From Fonticula-like sp. SCN 57-25 (taxonomy: Eukaryota), in contig MEDX01000023.1 in NCBI GenBank assembly GCA_001724245.1, forward strand, positions 1-45,053: a stretch of 45,053 nucleotides of DNA, read 5' to 3'. The position numbers were made by a program, and so were the translations under genes. Under the pieces are notes generated by a model, which saw only the letters and a list, made by a program, of their open reading frames with translations, did not search any database and was not told the origin of the DNA. Below, piece after piece: positions 1 to 11,036 of this stretch. The stretch's first letter is position 1, and each line of letters starts with the position of its first letter.

Positions 1-1226
1 TAAAGAGCGCACGTTTCCGAGGTTGAGGGCGTTGCAGCCGTACGCGAGCTGGTCGGCGTGCGACACCTTGATAATGTTGTAGTTATTCTCCTCTGCATAC
101 CTTGAAAACTCGACGTCTCCCCTCGCCTTGACGTACGACTTTGTGGTCTTATCGCGCACGTACTCGTCGACGAGGCGCCTGTGCGGGCTGTCCTCGCCGA
201 TCATGTCCTCGTACATGAGGCAGAGGTTCGTCCCGAGGATGTTGAAGACGCAGTCGAGGTGCATGCGGTCCTGGTCCTTTTCAAAGTCGTCGCGGACGAC
301 CGCCACGCGGCGCGTCCCAAAAAGGTCATTGTCCATCATGTACTGCACGGCCTCCATGTTGGAGCGCAGGCCAATGCCGATGAAGCAGAGGTCGGGGCCA
401 GCGGGGAAGTAGTCGCCGCCTTCGAGCCGCCCAGGCTCGGGGATCTCGCCCGCAATCGTGAAACCGAGCTTGCGGAAGCAGAATTTGGTCAGATCGACCT
501 CGTTCTGACGCTGCGCCGAGCTGAGCCGCCCAAAGACAATGCCCTTGCGCGTCGTGATCTGCTGATCGCGCATGAAGACGAGGTTGCTGAGCGGCTTGAA
601 GGCATAGGACGCCGTAAAGTGAGTGTCGCGGTCCGACGGCTCAAGCGTCACCGTGGGGTTTGTCATGATAATGTCGAGCAGCTGCTCGGGCGACATGGCC
701 TCAACGACAACGCGCTTGTAGGTGTCGGTGAGGTAGTAAGAGTCCTTCTCGGACAGCTGCGACGCATCGCGATCAAGCGCGTAGTGGAGGCAGCGCATCG
801 CGTACTCCTCAAGGGCAACGCGCGCACCGACATTCGTGTCAGTGTCCATCAAAAGGATCTCGCGGAGATCAAGCACGCGGACGCCTGGACATCATCGGTG
901 AGCACACTACAAGAATAAATGCGGCACGAACCATAGTCCTCGAGGACCTTGCGAAAGTTGTTGTGCTGCTCCAGGACCAGCCGGAGGTTAATAGGCTTCT
1001 CATAAAGCGCACCGGCGGGGTGCATGCTCCCCATCAGCTTGCCGAGGCCGGGCTTGGACAGGATGACAAAGTTGGCCGGGTCGTCCTCATGATCCTGCGT
1101 GGTGGACAGGGGAAAGTTGCCATGCGCAGAGCGCACATAGTCGGGGGAAAGCTCGTAGACGAGCGTCGCAGTGCTTGCACTGGACACAAGGCGGCCCTTG
1201 TTCGCTACGCGAGATGCCTCAGACAT
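1..1226 (-). CDS. Arginine deiminase (eukaryotic type), 3' end beyond window
   Basis: Exon 1 (ATG 1226) joins across a 47-nt GT-AG intron (885-931) to a long frame absent from the ORF track: GVRVLDLREIL...NLVFMRDQQ...GRLEGGDYF...GIGLRSN...DRMHLDCVFN...QLAYGCNALNLG. FxRD, LEGGD and MHLD are ADI/amidinotransferase-fold active-site motifs. The catalytic Cys would lie outside the window. Confidence 0.88.
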
Positions 1227-1284
1227 CGAAGTGAGTCAATCGACCGTCGGTGCCGGGGTGGGAACGAAATGCGTGCATCGTCGC

Positions 1285-1354
1285 CTGATTCCCTTCTGAT
1301 TACTCCTGATTCCCTGATCGTGCCTGATCTGATTCCCTCTGATCCTGGGCTGAT
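1285..1354. repeat. Eight CTGAT copies in the 144-bp divergent ADI/PCID2 intergenic region
   Basis: CTGAT starts at 1285, 1296, 1306, 1314, 1324, 1329, 1339 and 1350. Confidence 0.8.
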
Positions 1355-1370
1355 TTCGAGGCGGGCAGCG

Positions 1371-2906
1371 ATGGCGGCGTACCCGAGGACGCTCCAGCTC
1401 TTCCTAGGGGCCGTGGCCACGGCGGCCGAGGACGAGGACGGTAAGCGCTTGGCGTCGCTCATGCATCTCTTTCCGGTTCCGCGCGAGAGAGCGGAATGGC
1501 TCCGGAAGGCGCGATCGGTACGAACTTGCGCCCGGCCCGCCGCCACTGACAACCGCGTAGGCGGACCTCGAGGAGGCGATCAGCAGGCGGCTGGACGCTC
1601 CGTTTGACGAGATGGTGTATGCATTCCTTCAGACGGCGCAGTTGCTAGAGTCGGGGCAGCTGAGCGCGGCGTTTCAGCTGCAAGTCACCTATTGCAAATA
1701 TCCGCTCATCCTCGTATATTACCGTTGTGTCCGTGTGTGTTGCGTTATTTGGTGGATCACTGCTTTATTTCATACTTTATTGCATGCGTTTTGTTCCTTG
1801 ACTTGGTCGTACTATGATGCTAGGAAGCATGGGCGAGTGGGAGCGGTGGTGCGTTCCGCTGATCTGCACGGCGACGGCAGACCTCAGGCAGGTCGCCGCT
1901 CTGGCTGACAAGGCCGCTGGCACAAACGAGTGTCTCAACGACACCTCGCGTATTGTTCTAAAGTTTTTTAATATCTGCGCAACGGATCGGTGCGTTTTGG
2001 TGCATGCTTTCCTATGCGCTTACCCGGTGTGCGCAGTGCCCCGCTTGAGACATCGAAAAAGTGGGGGACGCTTTACATTGCCAACGTTGCCTTTCGCATT
2101 TTCTATTTTGTGCGGAGTCGAATAATTGTTTTCGTTCTGCTTACTTTTTTCACAGCTCAAACAACCGCGCATGCTTCCGAGCATATTCCGCGTTTTGAAC
2201 CTTCCCGGCTTCCCGCTGCTCGAGTTCCCGCAGTCGCAGATTGTGACGCTAAAGTACTACTCGGGGCTCACGTCCTTTTACGAAGAGCAATACGAAAAGG
2301 CGCACGAGGATTTCATGTATGCCTTCCAGCACTGCCCTCGCAACGCCATTAAGAACAAGAGGTATGCAACCGATTGCATACTTAATTCCTGTTCTAATGT
2401 GCATTTAGGACGCTGCTGCTATACTTGATACCCACGCGCCTTATTATCGGGCGCTCAATGTCAAAGGGGCTTCTTCGCAAGTACAACATGAACATATATA
2501 CGGCCATCATGCAGTGTGTCCGCCAGGGCAACCTCGGCGGCCTCCGCGCAGCCGTCGAGAGCCGTCGGGACACATTCGCGCGCCTGCGCTTGTTGCTCGC
2601 CATGGAGCGAATCGAGCTCAATTGCATTCGGTCGCTGCTGCGCAAGACGCATGTGCTGACGGGCACGGCGGCGCGCCTGCCTTTGGCCAATGTGAGCACG
2701 GCGTTCGCCGTCGCGGGCGAGCAGCTGGGCGACGAAGAAGTTGAGGCAATTGTTGCGCGTTTGATTGACATGGTGCGCATTAAAATGGTGCTATTGTAAT
2801 GCTGACTATGTGGCAGGGTTGGGTCCGAGGATATATTGCAAAGGAGAAGCAGCTGATCGTGCTCAGTCAAGCAAACCCCTTTCCCGGTGCCGTCAACCCT
2901 CTGTAA
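1371..2906 (+). CDS. PCID2: PCI domain-containing protein 2 (Thp1/Csn12-like, TREX-2 subunit)
   Basis: Seven exons give ...FFNICATDRAPLETSKKWGTLYIAN...FPQSQIVTLKYYSG...AFQHCPRNAIKNKR...EVEAIVARLIDMGWVRGYIAKEKQLIVLSQANPFP*, a typical PCID2 pattern. Intron 2 is AT-AC. Confidence 0.92.
1698..1812 (+). other. U12-type (minor spliceosome) AT-AC intron in PCID2
   Basis: 5' end ATATCCGC; U12 branch sequence TTCCTTGAC at 1794-1802; 3' AC at 1811-1812. Removal joins TGC AA|T ATG in frame. Confidence 0.9.
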
Positions 2907-3086
2907 ATTCTCTTTTTGTACACAGAAACGTGGTAAAAAATGTACAGTACACATGCTATGGAACCACTTCCTATACTTTTTGTTTCTTTTACTTTTGCTT
3001 TGCTCGCATCCAACGAAAATTCAGCACGCCCACACCGCGTCGGTCCAGTCATCCACGATCAACAATCCCACGTGGATTTATGTGAT

Positions 3087-3112
3087 ATGTGACGTCACGC
3101 GTGACGTCACAT
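3087..3112. promoter_or_regulatory. 26-bp perfect palindrome with two CRE sites (TGACGTCA) upstream of NDUFS1
   Basis: ATGTGACGTCACGCGTGACGTCACAT, ending 49 bp before ATG 3162. Confidence 0.6.
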
Positions 3113-3161
3113 CAAGAACCGACTTTTTTCCTCCCTTGGTTGGGTACACCGCGAGGTAGCA

Positions 3162-5487
3162 ATGCTGGCCGCCGTGGTCCGCGCTCGCGCCGCTCGGGTG
3201 CTGAGCGTGCGCGCCTTTGGCAGCACAACTGGTACGTTTTATGCTCTTTTCATTTTATATAATGTCTTTTATTTTTCCTTCTTTCTTGTCGCTTGCGCCA
3301 CGCCTGTTCAATGGTCGTTGACCTCTCGCTTTTGCAGGTCGCCTTCAAGCGACGGCGGTTCCCCCGCCGCCGCCGGGCATGGAGATTGAGGTCGACGGCA
3401 TGAAGGTGACCGTCCCCCCGGGCACCCCCCTTATTGTTGCGTGCGAAAAGGCCGGTGTTGAGATTCCGCGTTTCTGCTACCATGAGCGCCTTGCCATTGC
3501 CGGTAACTGCCGCATGTGCCTTGTGGAGGTGGAGAAGGTGCCGAAGCCGGTTGCGTCGTGCGCGTACCCCGTTTCGCCCAACATGAAGGTCAAGACAAAT
3601 ACGCCTATGGTGAAGAAGGCTCGCGAGGGTGTTATGGAGTTTTTGCTCGCCAACCACCCGCTCGATTGCCCCATTTGCGACCAGGCTGGCGAGTGCGATC
3701 TCCAGGACCAGTCGATGGCCTATGGCCAGGACCGCTCGCGTCTCCGCGAGGTTGCTGCTGGCAAGCGTGCCGTTGAGGACAAGAATTTTGGCCCCCTCGT
3801 CAAGACCAGCATGAACCGCTGCATTCACTGCACGCGCTGCGTGCGCTTCGCCACCGAGGTTGCCGGCGCCGAGGAGCTCGGCACCAGCGGCCGTGGTAAC
3901 GATATGCAGATTGGCATGTATGTGGAGAAGATTCTCGACACGGAGCTCAGCGGCAACATTGTCGATCTTTGCCCCGTCGGCGCCCTCACCGCCAAGCCGT
4001 ACGAGTTCACTGCCCGCCCGTGGGAGCTCCGCCACACCGAGTCCGTCGATGTGCACGACGCCCTCGGCAGCAACATCCGCATCGACTCGCGCGGTAACGA
4101 GGTCATGCGCATTCTTCCGCGCGTCAACGAGGCTGTCAACGAGGAGTGGATCGCCGACAAGACGCGCTACTCGTACGACGGTCTCAAGCGCCAGCGCCTG
4201 ACGAACCCGCTCATCCGCGTTGGCGACTCGTTGGAGCCCGTCTCGTGGGAGACTGCCTTTGACCGCATCCGCGAGCGCATCGTCCAGCTCCGCGGCAACC
4301 AGATGACTGCCGTTGCCGGCCAGCTCGCCGACGCCGAGTCCATCATGGCGCTCAAGGACCTCTTCAACCGCCTCGGCTCCGACAACCTGCTCTTTGACGG
4401 CGAGACCGGCCGCCCGTCGCACGGCGCCGACCTCCGCGCGTCCTACTCGTTCAACTCGACGCTCGCCGGCGCCGAGTTTGCCGACCTTGTGCTTCTCGTC
4501 GGCACGAACCCCCGCCACGAGGCCCCGCTCCTTCAGTCGCGCTTCCGCAAGTCCTACGTGAGCCGCGGTGCCGATTTCGCCCTCATCGGCGAGCCGGCCA
4601 AGCTCACCGTCGAGTACGACCACCTCGGCACGTCGCCCAAGGATCTGTACGCGGCGCTCGATAAGAAGCATCCGTTCGCCAAGCGCCTCGCCGCGGCCAA
4701 GCGCCCGATGATCGTCGTCGGCGCCGATGTTGCCAACCGCGAGGACGGTGACGCCATTTTTGCCGCCATCCACGCGCTTCGCGAGAGCGTCCCGGCGCTC
4801 CAGACGCCCGAGTGGAACGGCGTTTCGGTTCTGCAGCGCAGCGCTGCTCGCACCGCCGCGCTCGATCTCGGCTTCACCCCCGGCCAGAATGCCGTTCTCG
4901 GTGCCGAGGGTCGCCAGCTTATGTTCCTTCTCGGTGCCGATGATGTGTCGCCAAAGGACATCCCCGCCGGCGCCTTTGTCGTCTACCAGGGCCACCACGG
5001 CGACGTTGCGGCGCACTACGCCGACGTTATCCTCCCCGGCGCCGCCTACACGGAAAAGGTCGGCACGTACGTCAACACGGAAGGCCGCGCTCAGCGCACC
5101 CGCGTTGCCGTGAGCCCGCCTGGCAATGCTCGCGAGGACTGGCAGATTATCCGTGCGCTCAGCGAGATGCTCGGCCTCCAGCTGCCCTACGATGACGCTG
5201 CCGGTATCGGCGCGCGCATCGGGCAGGTTGCCCCTCACATCCTCGAGGTGGACTCGCTCCAGCCTGCCTACGGTGCGGATCTCCTCACGGTCGCCGCCAA
5301 GGAGGCCGCCGCGCGCCCGGAGAGCCTCCAGGCCAAGAAGGACAACAGCGGGCGGCCGTTCGCGCTCCCGATCAAGGACTACTACCTGACGGACGCGATC
5401 TCCCGCTCGTCCCGGACGATGGCCAAGTGCTCCGCTACATACACACATGGCAACAAGTCGTCTCAGGCTGCCGCCTCGGCCCATTAA
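3162..5487 (+). CDS. NDUFS1: NADH:ubiquinone oxidoreductase 75 kDa Fe-S subunit, mitochondrial precursor
   Basis: Arg/Ala-rich presequence exon, intron 3232-3337, then IPRFCYHERLAIAGNCRMC, HPLDCPICDQAGECDLQ and CIHCTRC Fe-S motifs. Confidence 0.98.
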
Positions 5488-5877
5488 ATGAATTTACCAT
5501 AGCAAACATGTCGTCGCGCATGGAAATCTCCAAGCATTCTCTTGGATCTCTACCTTTCTTTTATACCCATTTCGTTTAATACACCTTTTTATCGGTTTTA
5601 TCACTTTTTCATTGCACACGCGCTCCGCCATCGATAGAGTCAACGATGACGCGATGGTGAACCTGCCGCTTTCTTTTCACTATTTTGTTTCCAAACAACA
5701 CAGTGTGATAATTCTTGGTTCGTCCTACGCGACATGAAATGCCCCTCCAGTAATTCACGAATACTCTGGTGAACCCTGATTGGTGGATTGCTTTACGACA
5801 GATTTACCAAGGGCAAGGCTTTGCACCGGCTCCCTTCCTTCGCCCCCAGGACCGCACGCGGCCGATTCTGGGTTACG

Positions 5878-8214
5878 ATGCCCCCAAAGTCTTCGCTAAG
5901 TAATGGAATTACTGTGAGTCCCAGCGGTTTGGAAGAATTGCTGTCGGGGTCGAAGCGCTCGGCGAATGCCGAGTCGCGGCCGCTGAGGCTCGTTGCCGAC
6001 AGCCCGCATGGCGACACCACGACGTACAAGAACCATCTGCTGGGATCCGCGCAGGGCATGAGCTTCACGAGTCGCTTCCATGTGCTAGTTCCGGTTTGCT
6101 TGCTGACGCTTGTCTTGCTTTTTACCGCGATTTTCCGCTCGACTGCGTACGGGAGGTATTCAACGTGCCTCGAGGAGGGTGGAGTGGCCAAGCTGCTCGA
6201 CTCTTCCAACTCGAGCTATATTTCGTTGAACGAAACTTCTTCCGAGCTGCTCGAACCTTCCGAACTGCTCTTTTACTGCATACCTGTGAACGCGACATCC
6301 GACGAGGCTGCCGTCAATTCGTTCAGCACATTTGTCTTTTGGCTTGACGCGATGCCGCTCTATGGCCTGGTGATCTGGTCATTTGTCATTATTGTTCGAC
6401 TTCTTCTTCAGCGTTTGTCGAAGGAGCATTCCATTTTGCCTGGTATTGTATTGTCACAGTACGAGAGCATCCCCAGCAGCAAGGATTCTTTCGAAGACGG
6501 CGACCCCGAAGGCGGCTCCTACAGTAGGCGCGCCAGAGCTTCCACGATGGATGTTGGCATTATTGGCAAGAACGAATGTTCCTGCGGCGTCCCAATCCTT
6601 GAGGATGGCACCGGCCATTCCGCCAACCAGCGCGACACCATTGTGAAAAGGTATCATCTTCACATGCTTATGGAGCTGGGACAGAAGGTGTGCCCTTGCC
6701 CACCTTGCCATGCCATGTTTGAATCAGCAGTGGCGGATAACGCATTCAAGCCTGACCAGCCCGTGCCGCCAATGCTTGGCATTGATGAAACTGCGCCATT
6801 CTGGTTCAGCCCGAGGGCGCTCTTCAATCTCTTCTACAAGGCACCGGCACACCAAACAGAACTGTATGTCAACTCGCGCCACGGTGTTCAGATAGCCGGG
6901 TTCATCGTCTGCGGTTATTTGGTGTCGCTCATGTTTGCGATTGCACCGACCGCGATGCAGGTATGCCGTAGCCACCTTCCGCTCGAGGAGGCCGCCGGCA
7001 TGGTCTGCCCGTTCTCCCCGATCCAATCGTTCTCCCAGTTTTCTGGCTCCTGCGATTCGTGCAGCATTGCAGTGATATCATTGTCAAACGCTGCGTTCGG
7101 ATGGTTTGTTGGCGCCATGTTCTTCATCGCGCTCGCAAACGGCTGGCAGCCGTCCGACACAACCGCATCATCATATCAGGCAAACGCCCGCGAGCTGTAC
7201 GAGTCCCATCCCAACGCCGTCCGCATTCTGAGCGCCGCGCTCAAGTCGGCCAAGGAGGACAAGAAGTTGCAGTCGCATTCGGCATTTATGAAATGGCGCT
7301 TTGGTATTATCGCCTCAATGGCGACATCTATCCTGCTGTTTTTCGCACTCTATGCCGGAAGTTTGATCTATCTACTCTTTGGCCGTTCCTCTGCAAATAC
7401 TGCGGAAGAGATTATGGAGCTCTTTTCGGAGAATCCCGCGTTTTGGGCTGGCTGCGTCCTTGCTGTAATTTCCAGCGCAATCGCCATGGTAATCATTCTT
7501 CGCTGCATTTACGTCGAAGCGATCACAGCGCTGAAGCGGCCTCTTGTGGAGCAGATTCACCTAACCTCGCTGCTCGACCCTTCCATTCTGTTTACCTCGC
7601 CCGACGATCGCCCGATTGCAAAGTCGCCGGACGAGGTTGCGAATCGCTTTGACGAGGATCGCGCATACATTGCGGACTGGCTTCGCGCGCGCCGTTTTCA
7701 TTACAGATTCATTGCAAACTTTGAGCTCAAGTCTGTTCAGGCGTTCTTGGTGGGTTTGGTTGTTGTAAGCGTCACTTGCCTCGTGCTGGCATACGTGAAT
7801 GTGGCAACGCAAAGCTGGGATATTGATGTTCTTCTTTTCCCGCTGAGCGTGCTAATGATCTATATTGCCATTTACGCGGCAATGGTGCTGGTCACCTACT
7901 TGACCCTTATAATCAAGCTGCTGGGGAGCGATACCGCGCAGCTTCTCGTCTTGCACGCGTACTCGTACCTTTGCTACAGCCGCGAGTTTATCTATCGGGT
8001 GGAGCCGAGCGTGGGTCAGCTTGTTGGAGCAGAATATAAGGCGTTCCAGGCGTTCATCATGCACGTTTCGTCTATGCTCAGCACCGACTATATCGAACCG
8101 CACGCAGTTATCTTTGGGTTTACTGTGCACAAGAGGTACAAGACCCTTGCCCAGTCGTATCTCTTTTCCGCCGCTGCTTCGCTCGTTGGAATCCTCTACA
8201 GCCAGCTTGCATAA
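5878..8214 (+). CDS. Intronless multipass membrane protein (778 aa), candidate PHTF/GRL-like 7TM ion channel
   Basis: About nine hydrophobic segments. IADWLRARRF...LKSVQAFLV and the terminal PHAVIFGFTVHKRYKTLAQSYLFSAAASLVGIL resemble recalled PHTF/DUF3537 motifs. The ORF is secure; the family call is by eye. Confidence 0.6.
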   Translation: MPPKSSLSNGITVSPSGLEELLSGSKRSANAESRPLRLVADSPHGDTTTYKNHLLGSAQGMSFTSRFHVLVPVCLLTLVLLFTAIFRSTAYGRYSTCLEEGGVAKLLDSSNSSYISLNETSSELLEPSELLFYCIPVNATSDEAAVNSFSTFVFWLDAMPLYGLVIWSFVIIVRLLLQRLSKEHSILPGIVLSQYESIPSSKDSFEDGDPEGGSYSRRARASTMDVGIIGKNECSCGVPILEDGTGHSANQRDTIVKRYHLHMLMELGQKVCPCPPCHAMFESAVADNAFKPDQPVPPMLGIDETAPFWFSPRALFNLFYKAPAHQTELYVNSRHGVQIAGFIVCGYLVSLMFAIAPTAMQVCRSHLPLEEAAGMVCPFSPIQSFSQFSGSCDSCSIAVISLSNAAFGWFVGAMFFIALANGWQPSDTTASSYQANARELYESHPNAVRILSAALKSAKEDKKLQSHSAFMKWRFGIIASMATSILLFFALYAGSLIYLLFGRSSANTAEEIMELFSENPAFWAGCVLAVISSAIAMVIILRCIYVEAITALKRPLVEQIHLTSLLDPSILFTSPDDRPIAKSPDEVANRFDEDRAYIADWLRARRFHYRFIANFELKSVQAFLVGLVVVSVTCLVLAYVNVATQSWDIDVLLFPLSVLMIYIAIYAAMVLVTYLTLIIKLLGSDTAQLLVLHAYSYLCYSREFIYRVEPSVGQLVGAEYKAFQAFIMHVSSMLSTDYIEPHAVIFGFTVHKRYKTLAQSYLFSAAASLVGILYSQLA

Positions 8215-8545
8215 AAAGGGCGCATAATACTAGATAGCTCGACCAACGCGTGGGTCGCTTTTATCGATAGTTTTACATCAAGTTTACCCAGAATATTTTA
8301 ATACTGCCGGCAGATACTATGCTTGTGCAGCAAACAGAACCATAATAATAGATAGCATTTTCCATCACTTTCCATGCGTAAAGCACGGTGGCCCTTACTG
8401 AGCGCAACAAGCTGCGGTGCTCTTTGTATTGCGTAAACAAGACGCACATTGTGCGCGCGCGGCCGCCGCCCGACCGCAATGATCCGCCTTGATCAGTGTC
8501 AATATGGTGTGTCAGCAAAGCGATTTGTGACCGGCCACCCACCGG

Positions 8546-9825
8546 ATGGCGTGGGGTGCGCCCGCGTCGTGCCGCGTGGCGACGGGGGCCGAGTCGTATG
8601 GGCGCTACGTAGTGGCCGACCGCGACATGTCGCCTGGAGACGTGGTGCTTGACGTGCTTTCATATGCCTTTACAATCTCTGATGCCCATCGGAAACGAGT
8701 GTGCGCGTGGTGCATGCGGTGGAGCGCCGACGGTCGGCTGCCGCTCTCCTGCTCCAAGTGTGACATTGTCTACTTTTGCTCGCAGTCGTGTCTTGATATG
8801 TGTATGAACGCGTCGCTTTTAGGCGGCGATCACGCCCGCGCTTGCGGCCTGTATCGCCGAATCAACTCGTTCGCCTCGTCCAAGGATGCCGCTGCGGTGC
8901 TTCGCCTCGTCGCGCAGCTGAACCACCGCAAGCACCAGGAGTCAAATGGCGCCGCGCTTTGTATTGATATATGCTCGGCCTTATTTGACCCTTCCTTTGT
9001 TCCGCCTCCTGCGATCCCGCTCGCGATCCCCCCGATCGGCCAACTCGAGGCTCTCTCGCTTGATGACTCACCGTCCACGACGGATAGTGGCGATCCCGCC
9101 CCTGCCGTCCCGCTCGAGCCCCCTTTCTACCATGTCGTTCCAACGGCAGAGCAGGCGCAAGAGCGCGCTGCCCGCACCGCCTCTCTTGCGCAGCTTGTTC
9201 AAGACGACGGCGCCCCCCAGCTCGTCCTTCGCCCTCCCACGTGGGCCGACGTCGACCTCCTCGCGCACCACCTCGCCGACTGGCCTGCCGACACTGCGCG
9301 CCAGTGGAAGTGCGTTTTATTTGGCATATGTTCATAGTTTCATTGACACAATACTGCAGGAAAGACGTCCGATTTCTGAGTGAAGCGCTCAATGCCGCTG
9401 GCTTTGGCTGTGATGAAACGGGCGTCCTTGAGCTGGTCGGCAAGGTCGAGAGCAACAGCTTTGGGCTTTGGTCGTCTTCTGGTGTCCCTTTTGGCCGCGC
9501 GCTTGTCCCACTTGCGTCCTACTTTAACCACTCGTGCGACCGCAACTGCGCTGTCGAGCAGGACACTGCTTTCGGTCACATGCGGTTTCGGGCCACACGC
9601 GACATCCGCAAGGGCGAGGAGCTGACGATCAGGTATGCGGGTGCTGGCGTGCCGGTGAGCCGGCGCACCGAGCTGCTGCAAGAGGGATACTACTTTACAT
9701 GCATGTGTGCGCTGTGCGTCGCCGAGCGCGAGCAGCCCGGGAGGTCAAAGCATACGTACGACAAAAGCACGCGGGGAGAGCATAAGCCAAAACAGCTGAA
9801 GAAAAAGGCATTGTACACCAGGTAG
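8546..9825 (+). CDS. SET and MYND domain (SMYD-like) lysine methyltransferase
   Basis: Split SET start (YGRYVVADRDM), MYND Cys pattern (CAWC, CSKC, FCSQSC), SYFNHSC, GEELTIRY and post-SET FTCMCALC. One intron near 9310-9359. Confidence 0.9.
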
Positions 9826-9903
9826 CATTCAATACAATAATTATCATTTTTGAAAAAGGTCGCAAATTTGATAATATAAATACATTGGTTAATTTGTACA
9901 CGG

Positions 9904-10951
9904 TTAAGCATGGCCGATGGGCACTGACGATGGCGTGGACGCTGCCGACGTCGATGACGGCACCACCGCGGCAGCCATTGCGCCGCTTGCCTGTGTCTGC
10001 ATGACGCGCGCGCTAACGCGCTTGCAAATGTCTGCGATGACCGGGTTCGTGTCGGGCTCGAGCTCGTGCATGATCGAGTATGCGTTGAGGATGTCTTGCG
10101 TCACCTCGAGGATTTCATTGACGTCCACGTTGAGTTCTGCAAACCACTGCGCGACGGTCTCCACCTGCGCTTCGTTATCGTCGCGCATAGTGACTGCAAT
10201 GTAGATTGCCGCGAGGCTCACGAGGAACGGGGGGTAGAGCAGCGACGCGTCGGTGCGCAGCGAGTCGTTGACGACGCTCCATGCAGTCTGTAAAAGATGC
10301 GGCGCGTTGAGGTCGTGGAGGTACTGCGTTAGCGGCCGGTATGGATGGTAAACAATTAAGTAGCAGTCGAGATCTTCGAGAAGGTACAGCTCGCATTCCA
10401 GGATGTCGCGCTCCGTGTACTGGTAGTCCTTGATGGGCGTCTCGGCGATCGCGGCTTTGGTCTTGTCGAGAATCGTGCGAGCGACCTGGGCGCACTCTTC
10501 TACCTTGCACGCAAGGTAGAGACATGTCGGTGCAACTAGAAGCGGATCAACCTCTAGCATCGTATTCCTGTAGTGATGTGAGCAAATCGCTGCAGAAAAA
10601 AGGGGCCCGCGTACTTTACATAAAAGCGTTTAAAGTAAACGACGGCAGTTGCCACTACTTGCTGCCGCACCTGATGCTGCCGCGCTTGCCCAATCATTTG
10701 AATAACTACGCAGTATATTTGTTAGCGCTCGTGTATTGAAGAAGTGCAGCAGTGCCGTACGGCGGACGCAAAACAGCTTGTAGCGCTGCACCTCTTGCGC
10801 CGTCAAATAATGGTAATTCAACGCATCATTTTCGCGAATTGTTCTCCGGTCAACCAACCAGTGGTTACTGCACTCAAGTCAGCTCGCGCAGTCCAGAAAA
10901 AGGGCAAACAGTCGCGTACCAATGCGACGAAAGCCAAAAGTTGGCCGCCAT
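9904..10951 (-). CDS. CCNC: Cyclin C (Mediator kinase module)
   Basis: MAANFWLSSH...RQQVVATAVVYFKRFY...DPLLVAPTCLYLACKVEE...YLIVYHPYRPL; three GT-AG introns. Confidence 0.96.
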
Positions 10952-11036
10952 GCCCGCAGCGGCGCAATCAGATAGGAAGGATCACGTGGCCGTTGTTGAA
11001 ACGGCATCTTTTCCCGCCACCAGGAACCAAACGGCC

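Noticed and set aside
181-918. 245-aa plus-strand ORF
   Set aside because: Antisense shadow of the arginine deiminase exon 2.
3232-3337. Longer-than-usual introns (NDUFS1 intron 1; also C19orf53 intron 1 near 20835-20931) as snoRNA hosts or U12 introns
   Set aside because: No C/D or H/ACA box arrangement is visible, and both have ordinary GTACG donors.
3250-5484. 744-aa antisense ORF opposite NDUFS1
   Set aside because: Mirror-frame shadow produced by strong C/G third-position bias of a highly expressed gene; no recognisable motifs.
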